Source of the DNA: Escherichia phage FP43
DNA: 64,000 nt
Sequence record: MN648445
Direction: 5' to 3' (one strand)
The translations under genes and the position numbers were made by a program. Shown here in pieces: positions 8,888 to 20,576 of this stretch (the first letter of the stretch is position 1; every line of letters starts with the position of its first letter). A model generated the notes under the pieces. It saw only the letters and a program-made list of their open reading frames with translations. It had not been told where the DNA came from and ran no database searches.

Positions 8888-11143
8888 ATGCAAGTAACTA
8901 AGAGTAGTGGTGTAAGCCAGAATTTTGATGCACAAAAAATTATCCAAGTCTTAACTTGGCAATGTGAAGGAACACAAATCGACCCATATGAATTGTACGA
9001 AGAAATTAAGACCCATCTTGTCGATGGGATGAGCACCAAAGATATCCAGAAGATTTGTATTAAAGTTGCAGCTAACTTGATTTCTGTCGAAGAACCTGAC
9101 TATCAATATGTTGCCGCTAAAGGATTAATGTTTGCACTTCGTAAAGATGTATATGGGCAGTTTGAACCGCCTGCTTTTATCGACCATATTTCTTACTGTG
9201 TTAATGAAGGCAAATATGACCCTGAGCTGTTGTCTCAATATTCAGCAGAAGAAATCATTTATCTCGATTCACAGATTAAACATGAACGAGACTTTGATCT
9301 GACTTATGCTGGTGCTATGCAGCTTAAAGAAAAATATCTAGTTAAAGATAAAACAACTGGGAAGATTTATGAAACTCCACAGTTTGCTATCATGGCTATT
9401 GGCATGGCCTTACATCAAGACGAAACTCATGACCGTTTGAAACATATTATTCGTTTTTATGATGCCGTTTCTACTCATCAAGTTTCATTGCCAACCCCAA
9501 TTATGGCAGGTGCTCGTACTCCAACTCGCCAGTTCTCTAGTTGTGTAGTTATTGAAGCCGGTGATTCGTTAAAATCTATTAACAAAACTTCAGCATCAAT
9601 TATTGAATATATTTCTAAACGAGCTGGTATCGGTATCAACGTTGGTATGCTTCGTGCAGAAGGTTCTAAGATCGGTACGGGTGAAGTTCGACATACAGGT
9701 GTTATTCCATTCTGGAAACATTTCCAAACTGCAGTAAAATCTTGTTCTCAAGGTGGTATTCGTGGTGGTGCTGCTACAGCGTATTATCCGATGTGGCACT
9801 TAGAAGTAGAGAACCTGTTAGTTCTGAAAAATAACAAAGGCGTGGATGAAAACCGTATTCGACATATGGACTACGGAATTCAGATTAATGACCTTATGAT
9901 GGAACGCCTTGGTAAAAATGATTATATTACTTTATTTAGCCCTCACGAAATGTCAGGCGAACTATACTACTCGTTCTTTGAAGATCAAGATAAATTCCGT
10001 GAGCTTTATGAGAAAGCTGAAAAAGACCCAACAATCAGAAAGAAAAGAATCAAAGCACTAGAACTCTTTGAATTGTTCATGACTGAACGTTCTGGCACTG
10101 CTCGAATTTATCCACAGTTTGTTGATAACACGAATAACTACACTCCATTTATTCGTGAAAAAGCTCCAATTCGACAGAGTAACTTATGTTGTGAAATCGC
10201 TATTCCAACTAATGATGTGAATGGTCCTGATGCTGAAATTGGATTGTGCACATTATCTGCTTTTGTATTAGATAAATTTGATTGGCAAGACCAAGATAAA
10301 ATTAATGAACTTGCTGAAGTACAAGTACGTGCACTTGATAACCTGTTAGACTATCAAGATTATCCGGTTCCAGAAGCTTTAAAAGCTAAAAAGCGTCGAA
10401 ACCTAGGTGTCGGTGTTACGAACTATGCCGCATGGTTAGCTTCTAACTTCGCTTCATATGAAGACGCTAACGATTTGACTCATGAATTGTTTGAGAGATT
10501 GCAATATGGCCTTATCAAAGCATCAATCAAACTCGCCAAAGAAAAAGGATGTTGCGAGTATTATTCAGACACTAAATGGTCTAGAGGCGAATTACCTATC
10601 GACTGGTACAATAAAAAGATTGACCAAATCGCAGCCCCGAACTACGTCTGTGACTGGGAAGAACTTCGAGCTGAACTCAAAGAACATGGAATTCGTAACT
10701 CAACGTTGTCTGCACTCATGCCTTGTGAGTCAAGCAGTCAAGTATCGAACTCTACAAACGGGATTGAGCCACCACGCGGCCCAGTAAGTATTAAAGAATC
10801 TAAAGAAGGCAACTTCCGACAGGTTGTTCCTAATATCGAACATAACATGAGTCTTTACGACTATGCGTGGAAACTTGCTAAGAAAGGTAATAAACCTTAT
10901 TTGACTCAAGTTGCTATCATGTTGAAATGGGTGTGCCAATCTGCTTCTGCTAATACTTACTATGACCCTGCAGTATTTGAGAAAGGTAAAGTGCCAATGT
11001 CAGTAATGCTTGACGATCTGCTTTACTTCTGGTACTTTGGTGGAAAAAACCTCTACTATCATAACACTCGTGATGGGTCAGGTACAGATGACTATGAATT
11101 AGAAACACCTAAAGCTGAAGATTGTTCTGCTTGTAAGCTTTAA
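8888..11143 (+). CDS. nrdA: Aerobic ribonucleoside-diphosphate reductase alpha subunit
   Basis: 751-aa ORF; class I RNR large subunit (T4 NrdA 754 aa); synteny td-nrdA-nrdB. Confidence 0.95.
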   Translation: MQVTKSSGVSQNFDAQKIIQVLTWQCEGTQIDPYELYEEIKTHLVDGMSTKDIQKICIKVAANLISVEEPDYQYVAAKGLMFALRKDVYGQFEPPAFIDHISYCVNEGKYDPELLSQYSAEEIIYLDSQIKHERDFDLTYAGAMQLKEKYLVKDKTTGKIYETPQFAIMAIGMALHQDETHDRLKHIIRFYDAVSTHQVSLPTPIMAGARTPTRQFSSCVVIEAGDSLKSINKTSASIIEYISKRAGIGINVGMLRAEGSKIGTGEVRHTGVIPFWKHFQTAVKSCSQGGIRGGAATAYYPMWHLEVENLLVLKNNKGVDENRIRHMDYGIQINDLMMERLGKNDYITLFSPHEMSGELYYSFFEDQDKFRELYEKAEKDPTIRKKRIKALELFELFMTERSGTARIYPQFVDNTNNYTPFIREKAPIRQSNLCCEIAIPTNDVNGPDAEIGLCTLSAFVLDKFDWQDQDKINELAEVQVRALDNLLDYQDYPVPEALKAKKRRNLGVGVTNYAAWLASNFASYEDANDLTHELFERLQYGLIKASIKLAKEKGCCEYYSDTKWSRGELPIDWYNKKIDQIAAPNYVCDWEELRAELKEHGIRNSTLSALMPCESSSQVSNSTNGIEPPRGPVSIKESKEGNFRQVVPNIEHNMSLYDYAWKLAKKGNKPYLTQVAIMLKWVCQSASANTYYDPAVFEKGKVPMSVMLDDLLYFWYFGGKNLYYHNTRDGSGTDDYELETPKAEDCSACKL

Positions 11144-11196
11144 GACTTTTGATTATAATTTACTCATGGATGAGTTAAAACTAAGTGAGAAATATA

Positions 11197-12375
11197 ATGA
11201 GTACAGTTTTTAACACACAACAAGTCGATGTTTTGAATGAACCGATGTTCTTTGGTTCTGGTCTTGGTATTGCGCGTTATGATATTCAACGCCATAAAGT
11301 TTTTGAAGATTTGACCGAAAAGCAATTGTCATTTTTCTGGCGCCCCGAAGAGGTAAACTTGATGTTGGACTCTGCGCAGTTCAATAAGCTTCCTCAGTTC
11401 CAACAGGACATCTTTACAAACAATCTTAAGTATCAATCATTATTAGATTCTATCCAAGGCAGGGCCCCATCTGCGGTACTTATGGCACTGATTTCTGACC
11501 CTTCATTAGATACATGGGTTGCAACATGGACATTCAGTGAAACTATTCACTCTCGTTCGTATACTCATATTATGCGAAATCTTTATACAGACCCATCTAA
11601 GGTATTTGATGAGATTGTATTAGACGAAGCAATCATGAAACGAGCTGAATCAATAGGTAAATATTACGATGATGTTCTGGTTAAAACTCGTTATTGGGAA
11701 AACGCTAAAGCTGATATCGAATACCAAAAAGAAATTAATGCAGACGAAGACGTTATTGAAGATGCTATTGAGCATGAGACATATTGGAAGCGTGAGCTAA
11801 TGAAATCTCTTTACCTCTGCCTCCATGTAATCAACGCGTTGGAAGCTATTCGTTTTTACGTATCATTTGCATGTACTTTCAACTTCCATAAAAATATGGA
11901 AATTATGGAAGGTAATGCAAAGATTATGAAGTTCATTGCTCGTGACGAACAACTCCACCTCAAGGGTACTCAGTACATTATCCGTCAACTTCAATCTGGT
12001 ACTGATGGTGATGAGTGGGTTCAAATTGCTAAAGAATGCGAACAAGAAGCAGTTGATATTTTTATGGAAGTAAATAGACAAGAGAAGGAATGGGCTGCAC
12101 ACCTCTTTAAAGACGGTACATGTCCAGGTATCAATACGCAGAGTATGTGTGCTTTTGTCGATTACTTGACTGTGTCTCGTATGAAACAGTGTGGTTTGCC
12201 ATGCCCAATCACTGATGCTCCGACCAAGCATCCGTATCCTTGGATTCGTGAATATCTGAACTCCGATTTAGTTCAAGCAGCTCCTCAGGAAGTTGAAATC
12301 AGTTCTTATCTTGTCGCACAAATTGATAATGATGTAGACCAAAATGTAATCAATTCATACAAAAAATATTTCTAA
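11197..12375 (+). CDS. nrdB: Ribonucleoside-diphosphate reductase beta subunit, uninterrupted (no intron)
   Basis: 392 aa from ATG 11197 (MSTVFNTQQVDVLNEPMFFGSGLG...); matches T4 NrdB by recall; contiguous ORF; track start 11185 is a GTG extension. Confidence 0.9.
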   Translation: MSTVFNTQQVDVLNEPMFFGSGLGIARYDIQRHKVFEDLTEKQLSFFWRPEEVNLMLDSAQFNKLPQFQQDIFTNNLKYQSLLDSIQGRAPSAVLMALISDPSLDTWVATWTFSETIHSRSYTHIMRNLYTDPSKVFDEIVLDEAIMKRAESIGKYYDDVLVKTRYWENAKADIEYQKEINADEDVIEDAIEHETYWKRELMKSLYLCLHVINALEAIRFYVSFACTFNFHKNMEIMEGNAKIMKFIARDEQLHLKGTQYIIRQLQSGTDGDEWVQIAKECEQEAVDIFMEVNRQEKEWAAHLFKDGTCPGINTQSMCAFVDYLTVSRMKQCGLPCPITDAPTKHPYPWIREYLNSDLVQAAPQEVEISSYLVAQIDNDVDQNVINSYKKYF

Positions 12376-12379
12376 GGAC

Positions 12380-12400
12380 GGGACTTCGGTCCCACTTTAT
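12380..12400 (+). terminator. Hairpin after nrdB (weak terminator or processing site)
   Basis: GGGAC-TTCG-GTCCC followed by ACTTTATT. Confidence 0.4.
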
Positions 12401-12401
12401 T

Positions 12402-12812
12402 ATGAAAGATATTGCCGCCGAATATTCCTTTATTAAATATACAGAATTGGAGCTATTAGAAGATGCAACAATTAAAACAGTTGATGTCCCTAATAAGAAA
12501 AATGTCATATACGCTATTGCTATAGATGACGAACTTGTGTATATTGGTAAAACCAAGAATTTAAAGAAACGCATTAACTATTATCGAACAGCCATAAATC
12601 GAAAAGACCAGACTTCAGATTCAAGAAAATCACTTATGATTTTGGATGCCTTAATGCAAGGCAAAAAGGTTGAATTCTGGGCCCGCCAATGTTTTGACCT
12701 TTCAGTCACCAACGAACTTGGTTCAATGACCATCGCAACAATGGACCTTGAAGAACCGCTTTTTATCAAAAAGTTCAACCCGCCTTGGAATATCCAACAT
12801 AAGAAAAAGTAG
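12402..12812 (+). CDS. denA: Endonuclease II (GIY-YIG family)
   Basis: 136-aa ORF, same length as T4 DenA; GIY-YIG-like motif VIYAIAIDDELVYIGKTKNLKKR; synteny between nrdB and rnlA. Confidence 0.8.
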   Translation: MKDIAAEYSFIKYTELELLEDATIKTVDVPNKKNVIYAIAIDDELVYIGKTKNLKKRINYYRTAINRKDQTSDSRKSLMILDALMQGKKVEFWARQCFDLSVTNELGSMTIATMDLEEPLFIKKFNPPWNIQHKKK

Positions 12813-12841
12813 TTTACACACCACAAGGATTGTGGTATAAT
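12812..12841 (+). promoter_or_regulatory. Early promoter upstream of rnlA
   Basis: GTTTAC 12812-12817, 18-nt spacer containing inverted repeat CCACAA/TTGTGG, TATAAT 12836-12841. Confidence 0.6.
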
Positions 12842-12858
12842 TTAAAAAAACTAACTGA

Positions 12859-13992
<1,134 letters not shown>

Positions 13993-13994
13993 TG

Positions 13995-14024
13995 GTTTAC
14001 AAACACCAAGGAAGGTGTTACTAT
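13995..14024 (+). promoter_or_regulatory. Early promoter
   Basis: GTTTAC 13995-14000, 18-nt spacer, TACTAT 14019-14024. Confidence 0.55.
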
Positions 14025-14054
14025 GGCTTTTATCAATAACACGAGGAGAAAATT

Positions 14055-14555
14055 ATGAATATGCAATTGATTACTAATGATATGGTCGTAACCGCTTTTG
14101 GAGACACAACTGACGGAATCCGAGTCTTTAAGAAAGGACGTCCAGTTGGTTATCTTACTGACCTACGTGTTACACTGGCCAAAAATCTTAAAAAGAAAGT
14201 AAAACAAAAAGAGTATTCCACCCGATACGCTGAAGAGAAACGTGAAGCAATGCCGGAAGCAGTTAATGCCATGGTAGAATTTCTTCAAAACAATTTGACT
14301 AAATATGACGCTAATGTTTTCGTTAATATTAGTCAACCAAACGTACATATCGCAGGTATAAAATTCTACATTATTTGCGACCCTCTTACCGACAAATTCA
14401 ACCGCCTCGGAATTTCAAGTCCATATCATACAGCAGAAGAGTTGTGTGTATTGTTTGAATCGTACAAAATCCAGTGTGATGGTTTGAAAACCGTTCTTAT
14501 CAATGGATTATCCCGAGATGAAATCATTGAGATTATTAAAACATGCTTAAAGTAA
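14055..14555 (+). CDS. alc: Probable Alc (host transcription shutoff) by position and size
   Basis: 166-aa ORF between rnlA and the spanin pair, where T4 alc (167 aa) lies; sequence identity not verified. Confidence 0.45.
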   Translation: MNMQLITNDMVVTAFGDTTDGIRVFKKGRPVGYLTDLRVTLAKNLKKKVKQKEYSTRYAEEKREAMPEAVNAMVEFLQNNLTKYDANVFVNISQPNVHIAGIKFYIICDPLTDKFNRLGISSPYHTAEELCVLFESYKIQCDGLKTVLINGLSRDEIIEIIKTCLK

Positions 14556-14899
14556 ATCCAATTTATGCTATAGTAGCAGCTTTTGCTCTAGTTTCTACGG
14601 TAACAATAGTTGTCTTAAACAACAAAGTTGATTCGTTGAATACTGAATTAGCTTCTGTTAAAAAGACCGCTAAAAACAATGCTAAAGTATTAGACGACTT
14701 CAAAGCTCAATATCAGTCAATCGAAGAAATGACTTACAAGAATCGTGTTTTAGTTGACCAACTTAAGGCCGAAAATGAAAAGCTCCGTAAGGATTCGAAG
14801 AAGAAGAACGTGGTGGCAAGTAAACCAGGATTGGTCGAAAAACAAATCAACAAGTCCTTCGATTCCTTTGCAGAAGACCTCAGGAAGCTCTCAGAATGA
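14543..14899 (+). CDS. pseT.3: Inner-membrane spanin component (i-spanin), PseT.3-like
   Basis: 118-aa ORF with N-terminal hydrophobic anchor (PIYAIVAAFALVSTVTIVVL) followed by charged coiled-coil-like region; overlaps next ORF. Confidence 0.6.
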   Translation: MLKVNPIYAIVAAFALVSTVTIVVLNNKVDSLNTELASVKKTAKNNAKVLDDFKAQYQSIEEMTYKNRVLVDQLKAENEKLRKDSKKKNVVASKPGLVEKQINKSFDSFAEDLRKLSE

Positions 14900-15186
14900 T
14901 TAAATTAACCGCAGTTGTATTATCTATTGGTATTTTGGCTGGATGTGCCCAGGATGTGCCCTTAAGCCCTAAAGAAACTTTACATCCGCCATGGCCTGAA
15001 TCTATTGTTGAATATAACCAGAAATGGCAAGTAAAGGTTATTGATGGTAATCCATGGGTTGGAATGCCATTTGAAGACTCTCAAGAATTTCGTATCTGGT
15101 TAAACGACGTAAAAAGATATGTACATGACCAGAAGACTATGATATGTTATTATCGTAGTGGTTTAAAAGAGGAAAAATGCCAATGA
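14896..15186 (+). CDS. pseT.2: Outer-membrane lipoprotein spanin (o-spanin), PseT.2-like
   Basis: 96-aa ORF with signal peptide and lipobox ILAGC; ATGA overlap with i-spanin. Confidence 0.65.
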   Translation: MIKLTAVVLSIGILAGCAQDVPLSPKETLHPPWPESIVEYNQKWQVKVIDGNPWVGMPFEDSQEFRIWLNDVKRYVHDQKTMICYYRSGLKEEKCQ

Positions 15187-15401
15187 CTAAAGAACAGCAT
15201 GAATACATTAAAGGGCTTATCTATGAATCTGAAATGGCGGCTATGATTTATGGGCGCCAGATTCAACGATTAGAATCTTTGCCTCCGACTAATGACCGCT
15301 TGTTAGTTCAGTCTCGTGCTAATCTGAAAAATGAATATCAGAATAAGTGGGCAGTAGCGACTAAAGCTCTTCACGAGTATATTGAATCTTTAGTAAAATA
15401 G
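15177..15401 (+). CDS. Hypothetical protein (PseT.1 position)
   Basis: 74-aa ORF overlapping o-spanin end. Confidence 0.45.
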   Translation: MPMTKEQHEYIKGLIYESEMAAMIYGRQIQRLESLPPTNDRLLVQSRANLKNEYQNKWAVATKALHEYIESLVK

Positions 15402-15436
15402 TTTACAAACTCTCAGGAGCAGAGTATAATGCTCCT
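15401..15436 (+). promoter_or_regulatory. Early promoter with inverted repeat flanking -10
   Basis: GTTTAC 15401-15406, 18-nt spacer, TATAAT 15425-15430; AGGAGC (15415-15420) / GCTCCT (15431-15436) inverted repeat. Confidence 0.6.
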
Positions 15437-15458
15437 ATGGATAATTGAGGAAATCTAA

Positions 15459-15757
15459 ATGAAAACATTACTAGAGAATTACATCAAACGGTCTGATGAG
15501 TATATTGATATCTGCCGTGGAATGTCACTTGGCAATTATGACAAAGATGCAGCAAAGGCACTAGATGAAGCAGGTAAAGCTCTTCGTAAAGCTGCTAAAG
15601 AAAAAGGGTTGGATTTGCAACAACTCAAAAGTCATATGATTAAATTTATTTCTTCAAACGTTAGAAGTACGTCAATTAATAAAAACGTTGCTGAAATTAA
15701 TAAAGACCGGCGCGAGCATAACATTCGTATTCTTGAAATTTTCTTAGGAATAAAATA

Positions 15758-15758
<1 letters not shown>
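15459..15758 (+). CDS. Hypothetical protein
   Basis: 99-aa ORF, RBS GAGG. Confidence 0.45.
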
Positions 15759-16844
<1,086 letters not shown>

Positions 16845-16845
<1 letters not shown>

Positions 16846-17036
16846 TGAAACGATTATATGAAGTGATTGAGGCCATCGAACAGCATAAAGAATATTTGTT
16901 TGTAGCCTGGCCTTTAGTAAATGGACAGTTCGGTATTGATGTGCTGGACTATGAGCATGAAGAACGTTTGGACGGTGGTATATTTGATAACGTCGACCAG
17001 GCAATTGAATGGTTAAATGAAAACTATGTACGATAA
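16845..17036 (+). CDS. Hypothetical protein
   Basis: 63-aa acidic ORF, ATGA-type overlap with pseT stop. Confidence 0.4.
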
Positions 17037-17241
17037 ACATCATGAAATCGAAGATGAAGCATACAAAATGCTTCGTAAACTAGTGGGACTTAATATGAGT
17101 CCTACATTAATCAACAAACTCGCAGGAATTCGTAATGATCTGAATACTCGTTACAAAGGCGAATATCATGTAGAGTTTGTTCCTGTAGGTGAACCGACCG
17201 AGCGATTTGTTGTTCGAGTTAAAGTAAATACTGTACACTGA
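17017..17241 (+). CDS. Hypothetical protein
   Basis: 74-aa ORF overlapping previous ORF end. Confidence 0.4.
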   Translation: MKTMYDKHHEIEDEAYKMLRKLVGLNMSPTLINKLAGIRNDLNTRYKGEYHVEFVPVGEPTERFVVRVKVNTVH

Positions 17242-17248
17242 GGTAATT

Positions 17249-17524
17249 ATGTTCCCAACTTATTCTGAAATTGTAAAGGTAGTCTTCAGTCAGATTATTG
17301 CTAATAATATGTTTGAAGTGCTTGATAATGCAGCCGAACTCAGAGTTCATGCTCAACTAACTCATGTACTCAATGCTTTGCTCCCAGACCAAGTAGATTC
17401 TATTGCTATTACTCTTCTCCCTGGGTCTGCACACGTCATAGTGGTATTTGATCTTGACGGCGATTTAGTTATCCAATGTGATATCAATTTCGGTACACAA
17501 AAAATTGAATGCAAAGCAATTTAA
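17249..17524 (+). CDS. Hypothetical protein
   Basis: 91-aa ORF. Confidence 0.45.
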   Translation: MFPTYSEIVKVVFSQIIANNMFEVLDNAAELRVHAQLTHVLNALLPDQVDSIAITLLPGSAHVIVVFDLDGDLVIQCDINFGTQKIECKAI

Positions 17525-17526
17525 TG

Positions 17527-17556
17527 GTTTACAACATGGTGGAGTTGTGATACTAT
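17527..17556 (+). promoter_or_regulatory. Early promoter
   Basis: GTTTAC 17527-17532, 18-nt spacer, TGTGATACTAT 17546-17556; leader CAACAAATGAGGAAAT. Confidence 0.6.
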
Positions 17557-17584
17557 AACTCTACCAACAAATGAGGAAATAGAA

Positions 17585-17821
17585 ATGCTAAGTGAAAACC
17601 CAATTACAGTACACGAATTTCAGATTAAAGTAAAAGAATTTGCTCAAGCACTCATCAATAAAGTGTCTGAACGTTTCCAAGATGCAACATTACGAGTTAT
17701 TCAAGAATCTCCACGTTCTTTTCTCATAATCGTTAATCCTAAAGATGGTGACCAAATTACTAATCTTAAATTAGGCAGTGATGGTCTTGTTGAAGCAACT
17801 CGAGTATATGGAACACTATAA
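17585..17821 (+). CDS. Hypothetical protein
   Basis: 78-aa ORF with GAGGAAA RBS. Confidence 0.45.
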   Translation: MLSENPITVHEFQIKVKEFAQALINKVSERFQDATLRVIQESPRSFLIIVNPKDGDQITNLKLGSDGLVEATRVYGTL

Positions 17822-17941
17822 TGAGAGCTATCTCATTACTATCGAGAATGGTCATAAATCTGAGCACTACCAACTTAGCCTATCTAATCCGGTTAAAGGT
17901 ATTGTTGAATCAGAATCTGTTTATATCTCCTAAGGATTGTT

Positions 17942-18934
17942 ATGTTACCTGTCATCAGAAAACTTATTTCTCCAAAAGAACTGGCTGAGATTATTCCTTT
18001 GTCGGAAGCTTACGCATCACAAGTGGCTTCTCATCGCGAACAAGTTAATTCGATTATGAACGGTGAAGACCCACGCAAACTTATTGTTGTAGGTCCTTGT
18101 TCAATTCATGACCCTATTGCTGCTGTTGAATACGGCAAACGTCTGGCTGAACTTCAAACTCGTCTTCCTAATGTTCTGTTAGTGATGCGCGTTTATTTTG
18201 AAAAGCCTCGAACTACCGTAGGTTGGAAAGGTCTTGTAAATGATCCATATCTTGACGGAAGTTTTGATATGAACCACGGTCTTATAGTTGCACGAACATT
18301 GTGTCGTAAACTTCTACGTATGGGACTTCCATTAGCAACTGAAGTATTAGACCCATTCACGATTAAGTATCTTTCTGGTATTTTCTCATGGGTTGCTATT
18401 GGCGCCCGTACGACTGAAAGTCAGACACATCGTGAAATTGCTTCGGGTCTACCGATGTGCGTAGGCTTCAAGAACGCAACCAATGGTTCTATTAAAGTAG
18501 CTACAGACGCGATGTATAGTGCCGCCTGGCCTCATCGGTATATGGGTATGGACGTCGATGGTACTGTAGGCATTGTTGAAGCTGAAGGTAATCAGAATAC
18601 GCATATCGTATTGCGTGGCGGGACCAACGGCCCGAACTATCATTCTTCTGATATTCAAGAAGCTTCTAACAAAGCAAGGGCAGTAGGTCTGAATCATTAT
18701 GTAATGGTTGACTGTAGCCATGCAAACGCTGATGGGCATTATAGCAATCAAATTGGTATTGGTAAAAATTTAGCAGCTAATGATTTGGTCAAAGGAATTA
18801 TGATAGAATCATTCCTACATGAAGGAAATCAAAAAATTTCCGATAATATGTCCTATGGCGTTTCCGTTACCGATGCGTGCATCAGTTGGGAACAAACTAA
18901 AGAGCTGTTAACTTATATTAATAAGGTTCAATAA
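17942..18934 (+). CDS. 3-deoxy-7-phosphoheptulonate (DAHP) synthase, class I (AroG/AroF/AroH-like)
   Basis: 330-aa ORF with motifs VGPCSIHDP, LVMRVYFEKPRTTVGWKGL, IGARTTESQTHRE, GFKNATNGSIKVA, DCSHANA, ESFLHEGNQ, TDACISWE that align along E. coli AroG as recalled; RBS AAGGA; stop overlaps cd start. Confidence 0.85.
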   Translation: MLPVIRKLISPKELAEIIPLSEAYASQVASHREQVNSIMNGEDPRKLIVVGPCSIHDPIAAVEYGKRLAELQTRLPNVLLVMRVYFEKPRTTVGWKGLVNDPYLDGSFDMNHGLIVARTLCRKLLRMGLPLATEVLDPFTIKYLSGIFSWVAIGARTTESQTHREIASGLPMCVGFKNATNGSIKVATDAMYSAAWPHRYMGMDVDGTVGIVEAEGNQNTHIVLRGGTNGPNYHSSDIQEASNKARAVGLNHYVMVDCSHANADGHYSNQIGIGKNLAANDLVKGIMIESFLHEGNQKISDNMSYGVSVTDACISWEQTKELLTYINKVQ

Positions 18935-19515
18935 TGAAAGCTAGCACATACCTTCAGATTGCATATCTGATTTCTCAAGAATCAAAATGTTGTTCATGGA
19001 AAGTTGGCGCAGTCATTGAAAAAGATGGGCGCATTATTTCTACTGGGTATAACGGTTCACCTGCAGGTGGCGTTAACTGTTGCGAACATGCATCTGAAAA
19101 TGGTTGGTTGAAGAATAAACCAATCCCAGTCATCGTTGCTGGGCATAAAGAAGGCACTACAGCATTTGGACGGGCCGATAATTTTGTTTTGGCTAAAGAA
19201 CATCGGGCTGCTCATAGTGCATGGTCTGCCAATAACGAAATCCATGCGGAACTGAATGCAATTTTGTTTGCAGCTCGTAAAGGTAATTCTATTGAAGGTG
19301 CTACGTTGTATACGACACTTTCTCCATGTCCTGATTGCACTAAAGCTATTACACAGTCAGGTATTAAAAAGGTTGTATATGCAGAATTATATGACCGATC
19401 TCCTGAAAATTGGGCAGACATTCTTAAACAAGCTGGTATTGAAGTAATTCAGTACTCTCGTAATAATCTTCGTTCTCTGAATTGGGAACAAATCCGAAAC
19501 TTTTGTGGTGAATAA
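18934..19515 (+). CDS. cd: dCMP deaminase
   Basis: 193-aa ORF, same length as T4 Cd; zinc-binding deaminase motifs HAELNAI and PCPDC. Confidence 0.9.
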   Translation: MKASTYLQIAYLISQESKCCSWKVGAVIEKDGRIISTGYNGSPAGGVNCCEHASENGWLKNKPIPVIVAGHKEGTTAFGRADNFVLAKEHRAAHSAWSANNEIHAELNAILFAARKGNSIEGATLYTTLSPCPDCTKAITQSGIKKVVYAELYDRSPENWADILKQAGIEVIQYSRNNLRSLNWEQIRNFCGE

Positions 19516-19516
19516 T

Positions 19517-19813
19517 ATGATTTTAACTGAACAAGAAACTATGGTTCTTCGTGAACGTATTAAAACTATTCTGTCTGTAGGCGTTCATTGTGTTGTATTT
19601 GAAAAGGCTAACGGTGATGTTCGTACGATGTTTGCCTCCCGTGATGAACTTGAAGTCAAATACGAAAATAACAATCCGGCAACAGAAGTTCGTTATGAAC
19701 CTCGTGAATCAGTTCGAGCATTCGATACCAAGTTAGGCCAGTGGCGTTCTTTCCGCCTTGATAAAGTAATTTCGGTTGATGGTACTCCGGTAGAACGTTT
19801 GCTTCTTATGTAA
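19517..19813 (+). CDS. Hypothetical protein
   Basis: 98 aa from ATG 19517 directly after cd stop; track ORF begins at upstream GTG 19505. Confidence 0.45.
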   Translation: MILTEQETMVLRERIKTILSVGVHCVVFEKANGDVRTMFASRDELEVKYENNNPATEVRYEPRESVRAFDTKLGQWRSFRLDKVISVDGTPVERLLLM

Positions 19814-19840
19814 TATGCTTTACGAATAGTATGGTATTAT
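19813..19840 (+). promoter_or_regulatory. Probable middle promoter (MotA box) for gene 31
   Basis: ATATGCTTTA with TGCTT at 19816-19820, 12-nt spacer, TATTAT at 19835-19840. Confidence 0.45.
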
Positions 19841-19870
19841 TAATCTATCGACAAACAACAAGGAAATAAG

Positions 19871-20203
19871 ATGTCTGAAGTACAACTCCCAATTCGTGCT
19901 GTTGGTGAATATGTCATTCTGGTTTCTGAACCCGCTCAAGCAGGTGATGAAGAAGTTACCGAATCAGGACTTGTGATTGGTAAACGTGTTCAAGGTGAAG
20001 TTCCTGAACTATGCGTAGTTCATTCTGTAGGTCCTGATGTTCCTGAAGGTTTTGTTGAAGTCGGTGATTTGACTCCACTACCAGTTGGACAAATTCGAAA
20101 TGTTCCACATCCATTTGTGGCTTTGGGACTTAAACAACCTAAAGAAATTAAACAGAAATTCGTAACATGCCACTATAAAGCTATTCCGTGTCTTTATAAG
20201 TGA
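19871..20203 (+). CDS. 31: Head assembly co-chaperonin gp31 (GroES functional analogue)
   Basis: 110-aa [36 protein letters not shown] matches T4 gp31 by recall. Confidence 0.9.
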   Translation: MSEVQLPIRAVGEYVILVSEPAQAGDEEVTESGLVIGKRVQGEVPELCVVHSVGPDVPEGFVEVGDLTPLPVGQIRNVPHPFVALGLKQPKEIKQKFVTCHYKAIPCLYK

Positions 20204-20327
20204 TATAAATAACTATATGAAGAGAACACTCTTCTAAGCGGTAGCCTACAACTGAGAGACTTGTCGAAAGAAGGTGAAATTCAGACGAACGTGGCTACTA
20301 AATATTATCTCGAATTGAGAATTTAAA

Positions 20328-20576
20328 ATGATTAAACAATTACAACACGCTCTTGAACTGCAACGCAACGCATGGAATAACGGTCACGAAAACTACGGCG
20401 CGTCAATTGATGTTGAAGCCGAAGCACTGGAAATCCTGCGTTATTTCAAACACCTGAATCCTGCTCAGGCTACTCTGGCTTCTGAACTGGAAGCTAAAGA
20501 TGAATTGAAATATGCTAAGCCTCTGGCTTCTGCAGCACGCAAAGCAGTTCGTCATTTTGTTATTACCCTTAAATAA
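20328..20576 (+). CDS. rIII: Probable lysis inhibition accessory protein RIII
   Basis: 82-aa ORF at the position and size of T4 rIII. Confidence 0.65.
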   Translation: MIKQLQHALELQRNAWNNGHENYGASIDVEAEALEILRYFKHLNPAQATLASELEAKDELKYAKPLASAARKAVRHFVITLK

